Assembly (NCBI RefSeq): GCF_964204645.1
Contig: NC_134025.1
Coordinates: 5,270,001 to 5,334,000 of the forward strand
Length of the DNA stretch: 64,000 nucleotides
Source: Tubulanus polymorphus
Taxonomy: Eukaryota; Animalia; Nemertea
Reading direction: 5' to 3'
This document shows, piece after piece, positions 14,311 through 29,400 of this stretch. A program made the translations under genes and the position numbers. The notes under the pieces are model-generated. The model was not told the origin of the DNA, did not search any database, and saw only the letters and a program-made list of their open reading frames with translations. Position 1 is the stretch's first letter; each line of letters begins with the position of its first letter.

Positions 14311-14929
14311 AATATTACGGACGTATGTAGGCCTTGACTTATTTTTTCGAAAAATCAACAATCACTACAAAAAAATGAAAAACATCTACTGACGCATCCG
14401 TTTCGATTAAAGCCTATATTTCATTTTCATATTATCCGAGGACCATTTTAGAAATGTCGATTGAAGCATTTCTTTTCCCGTTTTCAATCAATTCTTTGCG
14501 ATCAATATACCGTCATACTTATTATATACTGTTTGTTTTTTTCTAAAATGTTTCTTTCTAATGTTTCTTCGGAGTCTTGCTAATCCTCTAAAATTTTAGA
14601 TCAAAAGGTACTTCTGATTAATTCTGATCCTAACTAATCGAAAAGTTCGTAAAATTGATGTGAGCCTATAGACTATAGCGTCTATTGTCAGTATGTTGGG
14701 GCGTTTGCCTCGTGACATTTTACAGATGACATGATAAACAATCGATTTAGCTTTCCAGTCTGAACTTCATTTCAACAGCAGTACTGTTGTTGACAGCAAC
14801 GAAACAGCAGACGATCAATTACGAAGGTACTAAAACTAGCGTATGAAAACAAACATATATATGACAAATCACGATATTAACTGCAGCAATTATTTCATAC
14901 TTATTAGGGGAATCATTATACGATCAATT

Positions 14930-15086
14930 ACTACGATCTATCGAAATCAAATCCGTCAAAAGTTCAGGAAATGTTCCAAACGTTTCAAATCACTTGGAAA
15001 GTTTGGTACCAGCAGATCTTAATAACTGGGACCCTAAATCTAATCGAAAATTCTACAATGGCACTTGGAGCCCAGGCTCGTGTTAG
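14930..15086 (+). pseudogene. Relic 3' fragment of a third arylsulfatase copy
   Basis: Aligns to the end of both copies (actacgatctatcgaaatc...aaagttcagga...gtttggtaccag...tggagcccagg.tcgtgttag). It has a 1-nt deletion (tttca-aatcac) and no upstream homologous sequence. Confidence 0.85.
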
Positions 15087-15453
15087 AAGTTGATAAATTA
15101 TGGCTTACAATATTGTTAGAAAGGAACTCAAATGATAATTTTATGGGTTTCCAATCTCTTACACCATACTCTGTATCCATATGAAATCTAGATATTCATA
15201 ATCACACAAAATCAATACACAGACGTGTAAAATTGGAATTCCCTACAATGATATCGTAGATATTACACGAGTCGATATCTTTGAACCGGAACAAAATATC
15301 AAAATATCAGTACAAAGGAACTAAAATAGATCAGTAAATTATGAGACGTTGACAGTTTTTTAATTTCAATATTCAAAACCGGAACAATAAATACACGTAT
15401 AAAATCACAGTAGTTTCCATTATGTTAGTATTGCAGTTTCAGAGATTCATCCA

Positions 15454-17796
15454 CTAAATACTTGTGATGTTAGAGTTTACATAACAGGGTAAAACGAACG
15501 AATTCGGGGCGACTATAGCGTCTATTGCGGCGTATGTCGCACAAATGCCACATAATATTCCAACTAACAGAACTGACCACAGTAACACACGGAGCGGTTG
15601 ACAAATTGATCTGAAAAATATCAACATCGTTATTATCATATCATATACGTGCGGTGCTTGTATTTCAGTCCAATGTGCTATGGTGCCTGATACGGAAATC
15701 GTTTCAGCGATGAATGTTATGTGAAATGTCATGTTTTAGATGAATTTTCATGTTTTTCTTTTATTTCTTTCTCTACCTGACTGGCCATGGTCTGTCGGTA
15801 TTGGTAATCATGCCTTGAGTTTGGCTGCAGAGTTTCATATAGAATAGCGTCGGGAACACGAATATCTGCACTGATATAGCAGATCCTCCAAGAAGAGACA
15901 AAACTACTCCAAACCTATTTTGATTATGCATAGTTTCAATAAGACGATCAGAAATCATCACCACCTATTCGCTGAGATAGTTGATAGCTGAGTTTATTTA
16001 TTCATATATTCATTACCTAGGTATGGTTTCGGCCACGAATAATATAGATGCAACCATAGCTGTGCGTAAAGCAACTCGTTTCCAGTTGATTCCTAAAAAG
16101 TATTTTTTCTACGATTAAAACAGTTCATGGGGGGGGGGGGGGTATGGCAGTCGATGCGAGGAGCAAAAGAACCAAGAGCTAGATGTCATTCAAAACGATG
16201 TTAACTTACTGAGTGGTATTCCAAGAGCGTCCTCGATTTCTTGATAAAGCGGATTTGTAACGATGACAAAAGCGAATATAAGATGCACGACGATCAGAAT
16301 CTGAACCGTATAGACCATCGGTCCCGGGTAAAATTCATTCAAATCTATCAAGATGTTATCTTTTACTCGATCCCCGAGAATGAAATACGCCGAATACGCT
16401 ACTGGTGAATAGATGGCTAATAACACTGAAATACATGAAGCAAAGATATAAAATCAAGAATTTGCGGCCAATTGACTGTTTAATTAAAAGAAAAAAATGA
16501 TGACAAGAACCATCCTAAAGCATACCCGTGAAAGCAGCTATGAGAGATCGGCCAAATTTCTTCGGTTCTTTCATGTCGTGCTGTATTGTCGGGAAAGCAG
16601 GAGTACCGGCGAATGTGAAAGCGAGTGTGCCAAATGCCATCATGAATGGTAAAACTTCGATTGGTTTCTTCTGTTCTTTCGGAATTTTCGGTTCGATCAG
16701 AATTATATTGACAGTGATGATTACACAGGCAATTGCCGTACTCAACGTCGCTATAATCGCTACAGGCCTTCAATAAAATAACTGTGTTACTGGGAAATAG
16801 AGTGAAATAACCCTATGATTTTTATTATCATTTTGAATGAAATTCAAAGCAGTTTTAGATTCAATTTTGATATATAATGTATAGTATATCTACCACATGT
16901 CCTTTGGTGTACCAAGCCATGTTAACGGTGTTAGAAATGCGGCAACCAAAGCCATCCACAAACACACGGTAAAATCCACATTCAAATGACTCAACAAACT
17001 TTGAATTAGTTGTGAGGCCAAAATAATGAAGACTACACCTGCTCCGAACATTGTGAAGTCGTTCGTGATGGATACAACCATTCTAAAAAAAGATAAACAA
17101 TATTTGTTCATATCTTGATCTGATTTACATATTTTATCTAACAGATATATACCACCGAGGTCTTATTATTGACCGTGTTGAACTATTTAGTTTCTTATAA
17201 TATACTAACATATAAGAATGACGATAAATTCTACATAAATATAAAACAAACAACTCACTTTCCGGGTTTGCCATAGGCTCTAAATCCGATGGATGCAAAC
17301 GGGGCCCTCGTATGTTGATTATATTCGTCGTAACGTTCTTGTAAGATATCCCAACTTTTACCTAATAAAACTCCGGTACCCCCAGCTATTACACCAAATA
17401 TAACCATTAATACGAATCCAGCATAACCTGTTTGTAATTTGAAAACAAAATGCAGTTTACGGTTTACTTATTCGATCAGAATATTGTATGACATTCTGAT
17501 CGAGAAATTGTTGTATTGTGTTATCAAGTAAAAACGACTATATTAGCTTAATCATCAATTGGTCCATGAGAAGCGATATTTGGAGGTGATGAAGGCTACA
17601 ACCACAACCTACCTGTGCTGCTTATAGCGTATGGCATAGCCAGTACACCACTTCCTGCCATCTCCCCAACCACAAAAACCATTGCCACGAAACATGATAT
17701 TCCAGCACGTTTTCCATTGTGGGGAACTAAAGGCAACTTTTCCCCCATTTCATCGATGGTTTCGATAGTCGGCAATGTGGAGCCTATGGACACCAT
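15454..17796 (-). CDS. Amino acid transporter, Aa_trans family (AVT1/SLC32/36/38-like), multi-exon
   Basis: 'FVVGEMAGSGVLAMPYA'; 'LTPLTWLGTPKD'; 'FGTLAFTFAGTPAFPTIQHDMKEPKKF'; 'FGVVLSLLGGS..FVFPTLFYMKL'; many hydrophobic exons. Confidence 0.9.
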
Positions 17797-18408
17797 GATA
17801 TTCGATTAATAAGAAAACGCGACTATCGATTTAAGATTCATGTGATCTGAGCAGTACACACACATAATATTCAGCGGTTTTTTGTCACGGGTCTTTGTGT
17901 GCGTTCAATCTACCTAGGTCAATATGAATAACTTCTGAAAGTTTATGACAAGTTCGTTCTAATGAGCTTTTGACTGAACCAAATGTCTAAAATTATAAAA
18001 AAAATTATCTTCAAATTGTCATTCCCAGCGGGTTGTTAATGTATTTTGGTGTAAGATAATTTGTATATATTACTAAACCTCGTGAAATGAAAAAGTGATT
18101 TAGCGCGCACTATTCAGACATTGATTACAAAAAACCATGAATACAAATTTACCGTAATATATACGTACATGATATGCGTAAATACAATGTACATTCTGTA
18201 GCCTATGGTATATTATGATGGTCCCAGCGCAATGCAGAAATACATAACTTGAAACGAATATACATAATCTGAATCATTAATTAATCAGGCAGCGTTATGA
18301 AATGTTGTGAATAGCATGTATACACAGTACCCGGTACAATAGGCGCATTATTCTCAACCAACCAAAATCTAAGATTGATCTTCCATCGTTTTCAGCGGTT
18401 TCTCTATT

Positions 18409-19416
18409 ATGTTTAATCGTGTTAACACAACCCTGAGACGCGGTTTTAGATGTCCAATTGACGAAGAGCAGGTATTCAAACACAACGTGGTGTTATATCT
18501 GATCAGCATTACGTGTCCTATGGGGACAATCATGAATATTTTCGGTATTTTCGTCTTTCGGAAAACCCCCGAAAGTGGGCAGGCGATTTATCTGCTTATC
18601 TTGATGTCGATATCCGATACCATCTATCTTGTAAACGTGTTCTTCGATAGCACAGTGCGACATCTCACTTATCGATACCTCTATGGTGACGAAGTATATC
18701 GTCTACCAGACTTCGCCGTATTTCCAGTCTGGAACTGGCTCAGAATCGCCTCGTACAAATCGACGGTGACAATTCGCAATTGGATCATCGTGATGTCCGC
18801 AGTGGTGCGGTGTTTGCACGTTCTCTTTCCGCTCTGGTCTCGACGAATCGTTGTTAGAAAATTAGTTAATATCAATACAGTGAGAATCGTTATCGTGTCT
18901 GTGGTAATTTACATTCCGCGTTATTTCGGGTACATGGTCCCGTATCGATGCCCAGGGGCACCAGCTTCGGGTCCAATATTTAAAAAATTTCAGAAAGATG
19001 AAGACGTGGACTTGATTTCTACTTGGATATACTTAGTAATAACAGTTAACACACCGGCCGTAATTCTGATGATTGCAAATACGGTACTTCTGTGGTCGGT
19101 CGCTCATTCACGAAAATTACGAAAATGTATAACATCATCTCAGTCAAATTCAGATACAAAAAACGTTACCGGTAGCGCGAAAGCAACGCAACTCGTGATG
19201 ATAGCCACAATCGTGTATCTGAGCTGCGAGTTACCGACAATCATCTCCAGAATATTCAATTATTTTATCAAATATGAAAGTACTCTGGATATGAAAAAAT
19301 TGTTTATTCTCTTAAATAACTTAACTCCTATTGACTCGGCGATCAATTTCATCATATACATGATCGCCAGTAGATCTTTCAGAAAAAATGCGTTTGCCAT
19401 GCTGTTTAAATCCTAA
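18409..19416 (+). CDS. Intronless rhodopsin-class GPCR (peptide-receptor-like / candidate chemoreceptor)
   Basis: Seven hydrophobic segments; TM1 GxxxN (GTIMN); TM2 SISD; TM3 end 'SAVVRCLHVLFPL'; TM6 'YLSCELP'; TM7 'DSAINFIIY'; helix 8 'SFRK'. Confidence 0.88.
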   Translation: MFNRVNTTLRRGFRCPIDEEQVFKHNVVLYLISITCPMGTIMNIFGIFVFRKTPESGQAIYLLILMSISDTIYLVNVFFDSTVRHLTYRYLYGDEVYRLPDFAVFPVWNWLRIASYKSTVTIRNWIIVMSAVVRCLHVLFPLWSRRIVVRKLVNINTVRIVIVSVVIYIPRYFGYMVPYRCPGAPASGPIFKKFQKDEDVDLISTWIYLVITVNTPAVILMIANTVLLWSVAHSRKLRKCITSSQSNSDTKNVTGSAKATQLVMIATIVYLSCELPTIISRIFNYFIKYESTLDMKKLFILLNNLTPIDSAINFIIYMIASRSFRKNAFAMLFKS

Positions 19417-20474
19417 AATAAATAAGTAAGTCACTAAATAAGTAGATAAGTGATATTTTGATATTAATTGCCGAGCGCAGCCTGGGTAGTGGTTCAAGTA
19501 AAAACCTTTCAGTTACCATTCAGTCCCCTGTAATAAAATTCAATTTTTCACAATTCTGATGGTCACGTTGAGTATGATACACATTATTTCCATATGAAAA
19601 CAAAAACTAAAATATTTTTCTTCGATAATTTGTGGGCCTATTTATACCACTGAAAGCGATAAGGATGTGATACAGTCGCTCTTATTTTTAATCTCCAAAC
19701 TTCAGATTCGAGGAATACGTACTGGCCGTAGATCTAGTCATTCATCATATCCGGGAGACATCAGCTAGTGATACGAATGGAGAATTTTCTTTTCGTCCCA
19801 AAGCAAATACAGATATGTATTCCTTAAAAATTGGTATTCCTCTAAGAAACTGCAATTCTTCGAGTGAGTTCTCCGACGGCGGAGTTATCAAACCTGAGAA
19901 GCTTAATAACAAAATGCAAAGCAAAATTCAAAATACTCATTTCGGAATGCTTTTATTTTCAATAATTTTTTCATGGACGGTTTACATGTAACAACTCAAT
20001 TAGTAAAACAACCTTGATCAATCATAAAATCAGCTACAGGATGATCTCTGTAACAAGTGACAAGTACGTGTAGAGTTCATAAAGCAATTGACACGTATGA
20101 ATTGTACGAAAAACATATCACAATATGAGAAATGAAATTACAAACGGACTGACTAATCATCACAATGACATCTAAATAAACATTGCTTCCAAGTTATTTC
20201 AGATGAATAGTGTTAGTAACCATTTTACAGATCATGATATTTGCATGGATTCAATATACTGGCAAATGCAGTATATGTGAAGTTTTAGTATTTACTACTC
20301 ATTAAAGTTAACACCAGTAAATTTGATCAGCAGCAGCTTTCAACGTGATTAAGCTATAATAAACTTTACAACAATTAGAGCGGATATTCATCATGAAAGA
20401 CATACATGTATTTAACTCGTCTAAAACACACAATTCAAATAGAAAAATTATAAAGATGTTCTTCTATGTAAAGA

Positions 20475-23400
20475 TTATCGTTGTAAAAATACATCATTCA
20501 GCTGTGGCCCTTGTTCTGTTGTATTGATAACGCGAAGTCCGAGTTCATCATATTCCTCATTCAACGCTTCTTTCTGATGATGCTCGCGCAGATTCCATTT
20601 CCATTCCGTCGCTAAAATTATTGCCTCAGTCTCATCGATATCCGATTTCTCGGGTCTATGTAAACCCTGTCAAAAAGCAAAACGAAAGAATTGTTAAGTT
20701 TTCATATTGAAACGTCAATTTGAGAGGCAGCAGTGAGCATAGAAATCCACTGTCGTGAATAATTACCGAGAAAACTTACCTTCACAGACGCCGACTCAGC
20801 AGCCTTTAATGTATTCATGATGGCGTGCATGAGGATCTCGGCATTTTTCACCAAAATCTTGTCAGCCTTAAAGCAATGAAAACGACAAAATAACTAAAGC
20901 CCATATAAACTGCTGGCTGATGTAATAGATCAAACAGATACTTACAGTTCTATCATCATGAGTGGAAGCTTTAACGCTTGCAATAATGCTTAACTGTGTA
21001 CTAACTGTGGGCACTTGTTTTGCATACGACATCAGTTCATCTGAGAAACTAAAATAGATGAACAAATAGATTAGTTAGCAACATGTCAAACCTGAATATA
21101 CATTATCGTTTTACACTGCATATGATACTGAAATGCATACCGATCATCGATGCAGTATTTTGCTACAATGTGAGCAAAACGTACAATCTTTTTTCCATTT
21201 CCAGCAATTGACTTCGCCGTTTTTATCAATTCTTCTTTACTCTATAGAGAAATCATGAATAAAGAAATTTAATGAACTAATCCAACAACCAGTAACTGGC
21301 AGCATTGATTTACATAGTTCAGTATATTTGATACATACCGAAAGACTGCCTTTTCCTTTTGAATATGCTGCCATATCTATCATTTGACGGCACATTTCTT
21401 TAGCGAGACGCACAAATTCATTCTTTTCATCTTCCCACTTCTCAGTTTCTCTTTGTAACATAAGCGTAGCAGTCTAAAATAGAGACCATATAGACAATTT
21501 TTAATGCTTATCATACATGCAGCTATACTTCAGCTTATAAATCCATGAAATGAATTTAATGCAGTCTCATGTTATATGTGATTTGCTAGTACACTAGTAC
21601 ACAAACCAGAAAAAAAACTTCATTGCTATTGGAAACAACATTTCAAGTACCGGTGCATGCAATTACGTAATCAACAAAAACATCATCATATAAGGTGTTA
21701 GTGAACTTAGGTTTTGTCAGAGTTGCTATTGGTTTTAAATGAAGAACAAACTCATTATATACAATGTATCATGAAAATCTTCATTAGTTTCATACAAAAA
21801 TATGGTTTTTTAGGATTTATGTTTTCCAATCAGGCAGTACTTACTGACACGGGATCAGAATTCTACAATTGACAACGTAAGGTCAACAGATATGGTAAAG
21901 ATGGCAAAGATATGCTGGTTGTATATACATGTATGTCCTCGATCACATCAAAGAGAAAGATTTTGACATGATTTCTATGAATGAGAACTTACCATAAGTT
22001 TTGGATCCCTCCAAGGTGTATATGGAAGCGGTGTAAATGATGAGTTTACTATTTCTGGAGTTCTCAGCTGAGTTTGTTCAGGAACAAAGCTTTAATCGAA
22101 CACACAAACAATTTAAATTACAACATCATACAAACTTTGGGATTCGTTAATTTGGTCAAAGGAAACATAATATTTTACAAGAATGAAAATAATTGCAAAG
22201 CTGCAATATATATTAACCTATTGATCATTTGAGGCATCATATCAGACTTGCGTTTAAACATTTTCTCGATCTTGTCCACTCTGATCTGCCCTGGTGAAGT
22301 TTTGATCGATGAAGTAGCTGACATATCCCCAAACATCACTCCATCTATTGAATTACTGTGAATGTCTGTTGTCAGGCAAGAGAGCAAGGACATTATATCT
22401 GAGAAAATAACAAAATGTGATGACAGGAATGCTGCTCAGTGATGGATTAGAAAAGCGTAGTTTCATTAGATTTGCCCATACCTCTGATTGTTCTCTTATC
22501 GATATCTTTCATAGCTGCTAACGTGCGACCGAGAATATTTATCTTACACGCCCATTCTAGTTTCCTTTTCTGCAGATTTACCTGATATTTTGAATAAGGA
22601 TCGCCTAAAGGCAAGAAAACGGTGAAATTAAAGATAAGACTATCACTCGTTTTAAGATCTCTCAGGTCAAACAACCTTTTGGAGAATTGATGTTATGTTT
22701 GACAAAATCAGACAGAGGAAAAGTTTATATTTCAAGTCAAGATACCCTGGTACGTTGTTAATATGAATTATTCATTATGAATTAATAAATGTTTCAACTT
22801 ACTGGCGAGATTGTTCAATGCATTCATCAGATCTTCAGTATGTTGACTAATATCATCAAGGCACTGACGCACATATCCTTTACTTTCTAAGTCTGTTGAA
22901 GTTTCAATTGCTTTCAGAGCTAGTCCTTTCATCGAAAACATATTCTTTGTCAGTTGTTTACTCATAGCCTTAAACTCCTCACATAATGAGTCTTTCACAT
23001 CATCTGAAATTGGCCATTATATTTCAGATAATGTACATAGAACCAGTAATAGAACCCAGCTACACATCCGTTCAATTCAGGTTTAGAACTGGCAATTTAT
23101 TGTTGATGTACATATCTGAATTTCAGAATTGTTTAGCTACCTGATGTGGAGCTTATAGCGAGATTAGCTGCTGCGATTCTATCAACTACTCGACAAAAAT
23201 CAACAACAAGATTTTCAATAAGTTTCGTCAAGTTAAGAGACTGAAAAATAATAGAAAATACATCATTCAGCAAAATCTACAGATACCTTTCAAGATATGA
23301 AAGCTGATGACATCAGTAGTATAGTTACCACTGATTTCAAGTAATGTTGAGGAATTTCCTCCATATGAATATAGACTGTACCTTTGCTACCCAGTTGCAC

Positions 23401-26400
23401 TGCATGAAAGCAATGTTCTGTGGAGCGAACAATCGTTCAGCTGCAGGAAAATTTGATGGAGATCCAGTGAGAATTGTATATATCTGTGACATAGCATTAT
23501 TCTCTTTTTCCATAGAACTAAGAATTTCAAGACCATCATGAATTTTCATATCCGTTTCTGGTAAACTGTAGATGAAAGTTACAAATTCGTGCAATGATCA
23601 CAACTAAGATTTCAACATTCAGAAGCTATAATCAGTTTCATCTAAATCCTCAACCTTTTATGATAAATTACCCTTTACATGCAGATTGGAACATATCAGT
23701 GTATCTAACTGTCTCTATCTCGAAGAGTCTGATTTCTTCTAATAAATGTTCATTCACTTGTGATTTGCCACTTTCAAGGTTCAGGCAATCAGCTAAAACC
23801 TCTAGCTTAGCATTATCAGCAACTGTATTGATGGTGTCACATATACAAAACACTTTAGCCGCCCACTCTCTCGACATCCGAGTTAACTGTTTAATCTCAT
23901 CTTCATTTTCTACAGAAAGAAACAACATTGCCTGTTAACAAGACCTTAATTTTGTTAGATTTAGGTTTGTAGTAGTATGACAATAAATATTTCTAAACCC
24001 TTTCAGTGCTGACTAATAAATACCCTGGAGATAATTTTAAAATTTTCAAAAATTCCACCCTAGTGTGTTGAATAACGGGAATACAACTATAGTGTGTCTA
24101 CACCACAGCGCGGTGTATTGTTAGTTACTAGTATTTCACTATGTTTGACAGGTGCTGCCATTTTTCAAGAGAGATAATTGCATCGTTGCACTGCACTTCA
24201 AAACACCGCAATGCGGTGTAATAACAAAATCTATCACTGATTTATACACCGCACATGGTTAATGGGGGTCTCCGAATACTCCAGAAGTTATACCCTGCAG
24301 GGGATTACTGATTCCTACCATTGTTCGCTGTGTAGCTGCTTAGGGTAGTTATTGTTGCAGTCAAGTTTTCTAAATCGCATGTATTCGCCATCAATAACTG
24401 TAGCTGTACGGATGATAGAAAATCCATTCCATTCATAGCATCATTCACTGATGTTACCAAATTTGTAATATAACTTGAGTATTCTTCTAACGTTCTTTGC
24501 TGTAAATAAATAGCAGTTCAAGTTTGATTACATTCATACAGTAATTACAAAATACATGCGCAACTCATTTAGTCTACATGCTCCTGCACCAGCTTCTAGC
24601 AAAACTATACTCAAAATAAACCATCAGAAATAATACAGAAAATCATCAAAAGGAACTCCCTATTCCCGAAAAAGATGTAAACGCATTACGGGGAGTATTA
24701 AACACAAGAGGTTCTGTAACCAAAAGCTAAATTCGTTTCCGTAACTAACAAATTTACCTGAATGTGTAAATGTCTGAAAGACCAGAATGAAAAAGTGACC
24801 AAAGATGAATTTTCCGTTTTGAAATGAATACGATCAATTCTTCTAGAATTATAAGTTGACTGACCTCTTGTCCCAACAATAGTTCGTTATGGACTTTATG
24901 CGCAACAACAATTTTGTTCGACACACTATGATATTTCATCAGCAGGTGGTTAAGGTTTGATTCCAGGCGTTCTACCTAAAAATGATTCATTTGAAAAATA
25001 TGAATTGTAAGAAAGCAGATACATTACATGAAGATGAAATATTGGTGTAGACATGGGAAACAGGATTAAAAAATCACATTCAAAATCAAGTTTAAGCACA
25101 TCTGAAAAAAAAAACATCTAATGGCTCTCATATTTAGGTACCTTATCACACCACGCTTCTGCTACTTGGTATAAAGGATCAATTTCCTGAACTTCGCACT
25201 GCGAAACACGCTTTGCCTTATCTAACAACTGAGGGGTTAGCTGGGTGATGTCTGAGCTCAATGATTGCAGGATTCTATAAGCAAAGCGCACTTATTCACT
25301 ACAAGGTGTATATTACAAGTTGTGAATAATGAAAATAAATTTCTACAATGATGGAAAAGCTGGGTTTGAATCTCTGATTTGATTGACTCAACTCTAGTCA
25401 TCAGAACTATATGCACTTACAGTCTTGTGGTTTCATCTGAACATGCTGCTGATACAGTATTTGCTATTTCTATAACATGTGTCGCTTCAGATATGATATC
25501 ATTGCCGATCATATCAGTTTTTAATCGATGCAACCCTAATGCATTATTGACGAGATCTTTCACAGCGCGCGATAGATTTTCATCTTTTTCGGTACCTGAA
25601 TTGAAAATGCAACCTACTTTCAGACTAAATAATGCAATTATAGACTAGAGGCTTTGGTATCACAACAGTTTTTAATTGGAACATAACATCAAGAGATATA
25701 TTTCATTTACCCCATCTGATTGTCTACTGAATAACAGTCCAGATGCCACTCACCTCTATGACTAGAAAGGGATTCTTTAGCTTTTCCTGATGCTTCATTT
25801 ACTGTTGAACCAGCAATTCGACTTATAGATCGATCATCTGAGCGTCTATCATCGGTAACCTTTGTTGTTGATAAGATCGAGTCCAGATCTAAGCTTTTCA
25901 ATGAGGTAGATACATTCTCCATAGTGGCTTCAGTATCAGCGGTATTAACTGAAATCATTGTATGAATTAGCAACAAGAAGTTCTCACAGGCAAACAAAAA
26001 CAGAATCGTCGGGTTCCTTACATCATCACTGGTAAACAGTAATAAACATTCTGTTAGTTCGATATTTATTTTTGGACAACTACCACATGGAGTCTTACCG
26101 ATAAATGTTCCCGAATCAGGAGTTACAGTTCGAGCTGTATTTCTCAACGTACAGGAAATATTTGGCTGATTTTCTTCATCAACGCCTCGTCTGATATTCT
26201 GTACGCATTTCAACAGTATTTCGTTACGTTTATTCAGGTTTTCGTGTAGGCGTTCATCGGTGATTTTTTCCAGCAAGTGATTACAACCTGACCTTACAGC
26301 AGTTATAGCTAAAATAACAACAACATACGCAGATGCATCATAGAAAATGAAATATTTCTTTGGGATGGGACTAATTCCCTAAAATTTTTGAGTAAATTTC

Positions 26401-29400
26401 GATCCAAACCGAATTAAAGAAATCAATAATTAACTTAATCGATATGAAGCAAGAATGAAACTACTGAGATACCTTTCTTTAACTGGTTTGTGTAAACAAG
26501 TAACCCGTTTCGATAAATGGGGCTTGCGCTATTATCAATAATCCTTGTAGCGAACTGTGTAACTCGACGAGCTTGTCCAGTAATTGATTTACACAGTTTA
26601 CACAAATCCTGCTTATCGTGTGTTAAAACAATCACATCACAATCACGAACGTTACTAGCTATACTCTCCTCTGAAAAAATAGGACACATGACATCGATAA
26701 ATTTCAATCAAATTGCTAATAGCGACATAAATACAATACAAAAAATTACATGGCAACTGTGAAAAGAGGTTTTATATAAAACTTGTCGCCGAAGTGGCAT
26801 CATTTTCATACCAGAGATCTGTAGAAATAGATTCACATCCATCATATCATCGAGTTCTTCAACTAGACTCTCGACATTAGCTCTCCACTGGGATTTCAAC
26901 AAACGTAATCGCTCAATAGCCACTTTATCGAGATAATCTTTACGGCAAGCTACGGAGACGGGAACTATCTCTGGATCGAGCTGTTCTAGATGCTGTATCC
27001 AGTTCTTTATTGTGTTCACTCCTAAAAAGTTACAGGTAGGCCTACATCTTAACTGTACTGGAGGCTTACCGATATTGTTTGACTACTTTTTAACTGGCAA
27101 TGAGGGATCCTTTATTAGTATGATCAATATGGAATTTTCTTATCTTATCTGATTTTTCAACTTACTCCGTGCATCAGAAGAACTAGCAGCAGCGAATATT
27201 GATACCTGACACAATCTTTCAGAATGAGTATGGAACTCATCAACAAATGGCTGCAGTAACTTCTGACAAGTGTCGTCCTCAATGGGCTGAGCATCCTAAA
27301 TGTTGAACAAATCAAATGTACGTGAATTGTTTTTAAAAAGTCTACACCAGGAAGTTGAAATGACCTCTCAGACATTTGATACCAAATTACTTACATTAGT
27401 TGGGCATACAGCAGCTTTAACTAGTCTATCCAAAGGCTCATCTGTTTCAGAAAATACTATCGTTATCTGGTAGAGGATAGCTGCATTAACACTGATTTCA
27501 ATATCGTGTAAATCATCGAGCAATTTCTCACAAATCTCTTCGAAATCAGACCTAGATATATCGGAGAATTGAGGAACAATGTCTTATTGGTCTAAAAATT
27601 AATCTATAACAGCTTCATCTATAACTACGTCGAGTTAATGTATATGAAATGTCTACTTGGATAAGAATTTTTAAAACACAACAATTTATACACACCGCTG
27701 TAAATGTCCAGGTCTACTCTCAGCGATATTCAAGTAATCCATTAGGGAACCTCTCCATCTAAGTATCTGATATAAAGCACACAAATTTGTTTTGATCAAA
27801 AGAGCCATTTTACCCAAAGGATCAATTCATGTTGATACTTACTGATTTACAAGTATCAATAATTTTCTCACGATATTTGTTCTCAGTGAAATGAGTGACT
27901 GACATGCTGTGTCTGACAACTGCTTCCAGGTGTGTATCAAAATCATATCTATCTATCGAATAGCGACTTCGCGGTTCAAGTATCGTCAGCAGCTAGATGT
28001 AGAATATGAAACATCATCAAGGATGAGGAGGAAATACAGTAGAACCTGCTTAAACCGGATCATTTTGGACCGATGAAATTCATCTTGTGCATAGAAATCC
28101 AGATTAGATACGATATTCTATCTACATTTATGTACGGATGGACTGTAAATTTCATTTGGATAAGATCAAAATCGGAATTCAACTGATCCACATCCAGGTT
28201 TGACTGTATCTGAATGTGACTGCAATGAGAATATCTTAAATATCAATATACCTTTTCTAACCTGACAACGAAATGACCACCAGATTGAGAATTGTCAGCT
28301 GTGTAATAAAGCTTATTCTCGACGGCTTTTATTACATCATCTATTAACGTCAACACTTGATTTGTTACATACTCCTTACTTGCCTAAAAATATACACCAG
28401 ACATGTATCTATTGAACAGGAGAGTTTGCCTAAGTTACCAGGATCTACAATGTCTTTGGTATCATCACAGTTTTTAAATTGGAACATGGGTGTCCAGGAG
28501 TTTGGATCCAAGTCAAGTTGCCCTGGAATTTTACAGGAAAATGACATATATCAAACTGATACCTGAAAAAGTTTCTAGCTTATGGTCTCTGCATTTCCAA
28601 TAATGTTTTTCAATGAGCTTTCATTCAGGGGGGGGATGTTTAATTAATATAATATGCCCTATTTTGGGGTTCACCCCTCACTGAAATAGACCCTAGAACA
28701 ACCCCTTTATCACTAGACACATATTTAAAAATATGTTAGCTTACCTTAGCTTGAGGGTTTGTAGGGTATTTGATATATGTTTGCATAGCAGTGCTGAGCA
28801 TAGGAGATGTTTTTCGTAGCATCGACATGGTCAAAATCAGACGATCTCTCTGATATGTATTTATAAGATGTTGCTGTCTTAACTCGATCAATGAGGAAAG
28901 CATTAACATACTTTCAGTTAACCCCTACAATATCAATCATAATCTCGAAGTGTAGCACAATCTTCATATAGAATTTGAGAAGTTAAACATTTTTGTTCAG
29001 TAAAGTAAGAAATGACTAGCCTATATCATGAAATGCTCACTAATTGCTTGAATATTTTATGAGGTCATACGAGAGGTTATGAGACACCATTTATACAAAT
29101 ACCTTGAATGCTAAAACTAAAGCTTTCATCGAAGTGACACTCAAAACTAATCCAATTCTTTTTTCAAGAATATGAGCAGTGTATACTAATTTCCTTACTT
29201 CACAATCATCAGAAACTAACAGAACCTACAATCAGAACCATTACATTAATGGAAATAGTTAGAACTATGCTTCAATTAGAAAGTCAATATCATGCAGCAT
29301 GGTTCTAACTGGAACTTTAATAATCAGCTCTTACTTTCATAGTCCCTTCTAAGACATCTTTGGCTGTACGCACAATATGATGCCAGGCTTCTTTACTTTG

